A stretch of DNA of 64,000 bases from Podarcis pityusensis (lineage: Eukaryota): NCBI GenBank assembly GCA_964106645.2, contig OZ067044.1; one strand, given 5' to 3'. The position numbers and the translations under genes were made by a program. Positions 61,665-64,000 of the stretch are shown in pieces (within the stretch, counting starts at the first letter, position 1; the number at the start of each line of letters is the position of its first letter). The notes under the pieces are model-generated. The model had not been told where the DNA came from. It did not search any database and was given only the letters and a program-made list of their open reading frames with translations.

Positions 61665-64000
61665 CTGGACTACGATTAAGCCTTCATTGTTCAAGTTTAA
61701 ATCTTCACCAGGTAGGATTGGATCCTTCGCTTCACAAGCTTCTTTATTGCTCAGAGTATTGGAATAATTTGCCTTTCTAGAGTCTGTAGTGAGAGAAACC
61801 TCCTGGCAGTAGGAGTGCAGAAATGCTCGGACTCCGTCAATCCCCACAAACTGTGAGATAGGAGCCCCACTGAAATTCACACTCCCTGACTCAAGCAGCT
61901 GAGAATTTCTCCACCTGTGCAACTTGATGGCCAGTAACACAAGGAGGAAGATGAGGAACAAGCAGGAGACAAAAGCCACTGCAAGAACCAGGTAGAAGGT
62001 GAGGTCTGACGAAGGCTCTACAGGAGCTGAGATGCTGCTAAGGTCTGAGAGGATTGCAGGGATGGTGTCAGCCAGCACCACAGTCAGAGTGGCTGAAGCA
62101 GAGAGAGGTGGCTGCCCATTGTCCTTCACTAAAACCACCAGGCTTTGCTTGAGAGCATCTTTCTCCAGAAAGAAGCGGGCCGTCCTGATCTCTCCCGTGT
62201 GGAGCCCCAGAGTGAAGAGCCCCGGCTCGGTGGCCTTGATCAGCTGGTAGGAGAGCCAGGCATTCTGGCCAGAGTCCACATCCACGGCCACCACCTTAGT
62301 GACCAGGTAGCCTGGCTCAGAGGAGCGAGGGGCCAGCTCTATCCCTGTGGAACCATCAGTGGGAGGGGAGGGGTACAGGATTTGGGGAGCATTGTCATTC
62401 TGGTCCAGGATGAAGAGAGTCACTGAGACATTGGAGCTGAGTGGTGGAGAACCTCCATCCTGAGCCTTTACACGGAATCTAATGTCTCGAAAGTCTTCAT
62501 AATCAAAGGAGGTCAGAGCATATATAACCCCCGTCTCAGAGTTAATGGAGAGGTAGGAGGAGAGGCGGGAGTCACTTCTTTGGTCATCAGTGATGGAATA
62601 TGTTATTCTGGCATTTTCTTCCCAGTCAAGATCATTTGCTCTTATAGAAGAGACCATCGCTCCTCTTTGGTTATTCTCAACAAAATAGAAAGTATAGTCT
62701 GTTTTTTCAAAGAGGGGTGGGTTGTCATTTGTGTCTAAAACATGAAGTGTGATAACTGTGACTGCAGAAAGAGGGGGGACTCCATGGTCAGTAACTGTGA
62801 CAGTAATATTGAAGACTGACACCTGTTCCCTGTCAAGGGCACCATCAGTCACCAAACTGTAAAATTTATCCATGGACTTCTTTAGCTGGAAAGGGAGGTT
62901 GCTAGGGATTGAACATGTGATTTCCCCATTGATTCCTGAATCTCGGTCTTGGACATTTAAAATGGCAATTACCGATTGGGACGGTGAGCTTTCAAGTATG
63001 GTGTTGGTGGCAAAGGTAACTGATAATTCAGGTGCATTGTCATTCAGATCCGTAACTGATATCACAACTTTTGATCTGTCACTCAGGCCTCCTCCATCTT
63101 TGGCTTGTATCTCAAATGCATATAAAGATGATTCCTCATAATCAAGATTCCCAATAAGGATGATTTCACCTGTTGTGGAATTTAACAGAAACATTTGGGT
63201 GTCTTGCTTTGTAATTTCTTGGAAAGAGTATTTAATGTCTCCATTGATTCCTTCATCCATATCAGTTGCTCTCACTGTCAAAAGTATGGACCACTTGGGA
63301 ATATTCTCATTGATACTCACTTCATAGAGAGGTTGGCTGAAAACTGGTGCATTGTCATTTGCATCAATAACAACAATGTGGATTTGTAATGTGCCAGACC
63401 TGATAGGATCACCTCCATCAGTAGCTGTGAGAAGGAAATCGTAAGCTGATTCTTCCTCTCTGTCCAGTGACTTTTCCAACACAAGTTCAACAAGTCTGGC
63501 ACCATTTTCTTCTGTTTGCACATGCAAAGCAAAATGGCTACTGCCTGTGAGTTGATAGCTCTGCACGGAATTTATCCCCCAATCTGGATCTTGAGCTTTG
63601 GGTAGAGGGATCTGGAATCCAGGTATAGATGCCTCACTGATTTTCAGCTCCTGTTCCCATAGAGGGAAGTGGGGAGCATTATCATTTATATCTGTAATTT
63701 CCACTTCAATTCCATAAAGCTTCAGTTTGCTTTCAACAAGAACCTGAAACTTTAACATACATTTCTCTGCCTCTCTGCAGATTTTCTCTCTATCTATTCT
63801 CTCAGATATTTGCAAATGGCCATTGTTGGCATTCAAAGAAAAGTACTGAATCATACCTACAGGGTAAACAATGCGGAGTCCATGGTCTGGGAGCTGCTTG
63901 CCATCCATTCCCAGGTCCTTTGCAACATTCCCCACGGAAGAGCCTTTGTGCAACTCTTCTGGAATGGAGTAGTGGATCTGCCCAGAAACTGCCTTCCAAG
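61665..64000 (-). CDS. PCDHGA: Protocadherin gamma-A-like variable exon 12, 5' end outside window
   Basis: The track ORF 61647..63953 starts at an internal TTG. The frame continues upstream ([15 protein letters not shown]) to the window edge. It is a close paralog of exon 10. Donor CAG|GTGAGC at 61665/61664. Confidence 0.94.

Larger units (their letters stand above)
46328..64000. repeat. Segmental duplication of a gamma-A + gamma-B3 two-exon unit (46328-~53060 vs 57090-64000+)
   Basis: Exons 9/11 and 10/12, and the whole spacer between them (48758-50722 vs 59520-61664), align by eye. Confidence 0.92.

Noticed and set aside
59-63389. Many recurring 60-150 aa plus-strand ORFs inside the Pcdh exons
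   Set aside because: They are antisense shadows of the cadherin frame. They recur only because the host exons are paralogous and homogenised.
1-64000. Prokaryotic-style systems (CRISPR array, operon, defence island)
   Set aside because: The DNA is vertebrate. The periodic structure is explained by Pcdh exons and promoters, and no repeat-spacer array is present.

Overview
Vertebrate genomic DNA from the middle of a clustered protocadherin-gamma (Pcdhg) variable-exon array, all on the minus strand. The host is almost certainly a squamate, probably a lacertid lizard, inferred from its SINE content. The window holds 12 large variable exons: 10 complete and 2 cut by the window edges, none frameshifted. 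Each complete exon encodes a signal peptide, six cadherin repeats (EC1-6), a TM segment and a variable cytoplasmic domain (VCD), and every visible 3' end has a phase-0 GT donor. The 11 exons whose upstream DNA is visible each have a CSE/CTCF-type promoter element about 170-290 bp upstream of the ATG. Nine exons are gamma-B-like, in three local subfamilies here called B1, B2 and B3, and three are gamma-A-like. They are arranged as alternating doublets. In transcription order (right to left): A,B3,A,B3,A',B2,B1,B2,B1,B2,B1,B2. Exons are numbered 1-12 from the left. The shared constant exons are not in the window. The introns carry Sauria SINEs, other tRNA-derived SINEs, CR1/L2/L1/Rex-Babar LINE fragments, Tc1/mariner-type MITEs, a Penelope-like fragment with a degenerate hammerhead ribozyme, and microsatellites. 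I found no wholly new biological system: this is a known system (the neuronal self-recognition code) in a lineage-specific expanded form. The points most worth following up are loss of the CSE CpG in 7 of 11 promoters, a 7-residue deletion in the gamma-A VCD motif, mosaic exons and promoters from gene conversion, subfamily-specific motifs just inside the introns, and the ribozyme remnant. All comparisons were made by eye, with no alignments or database searches.
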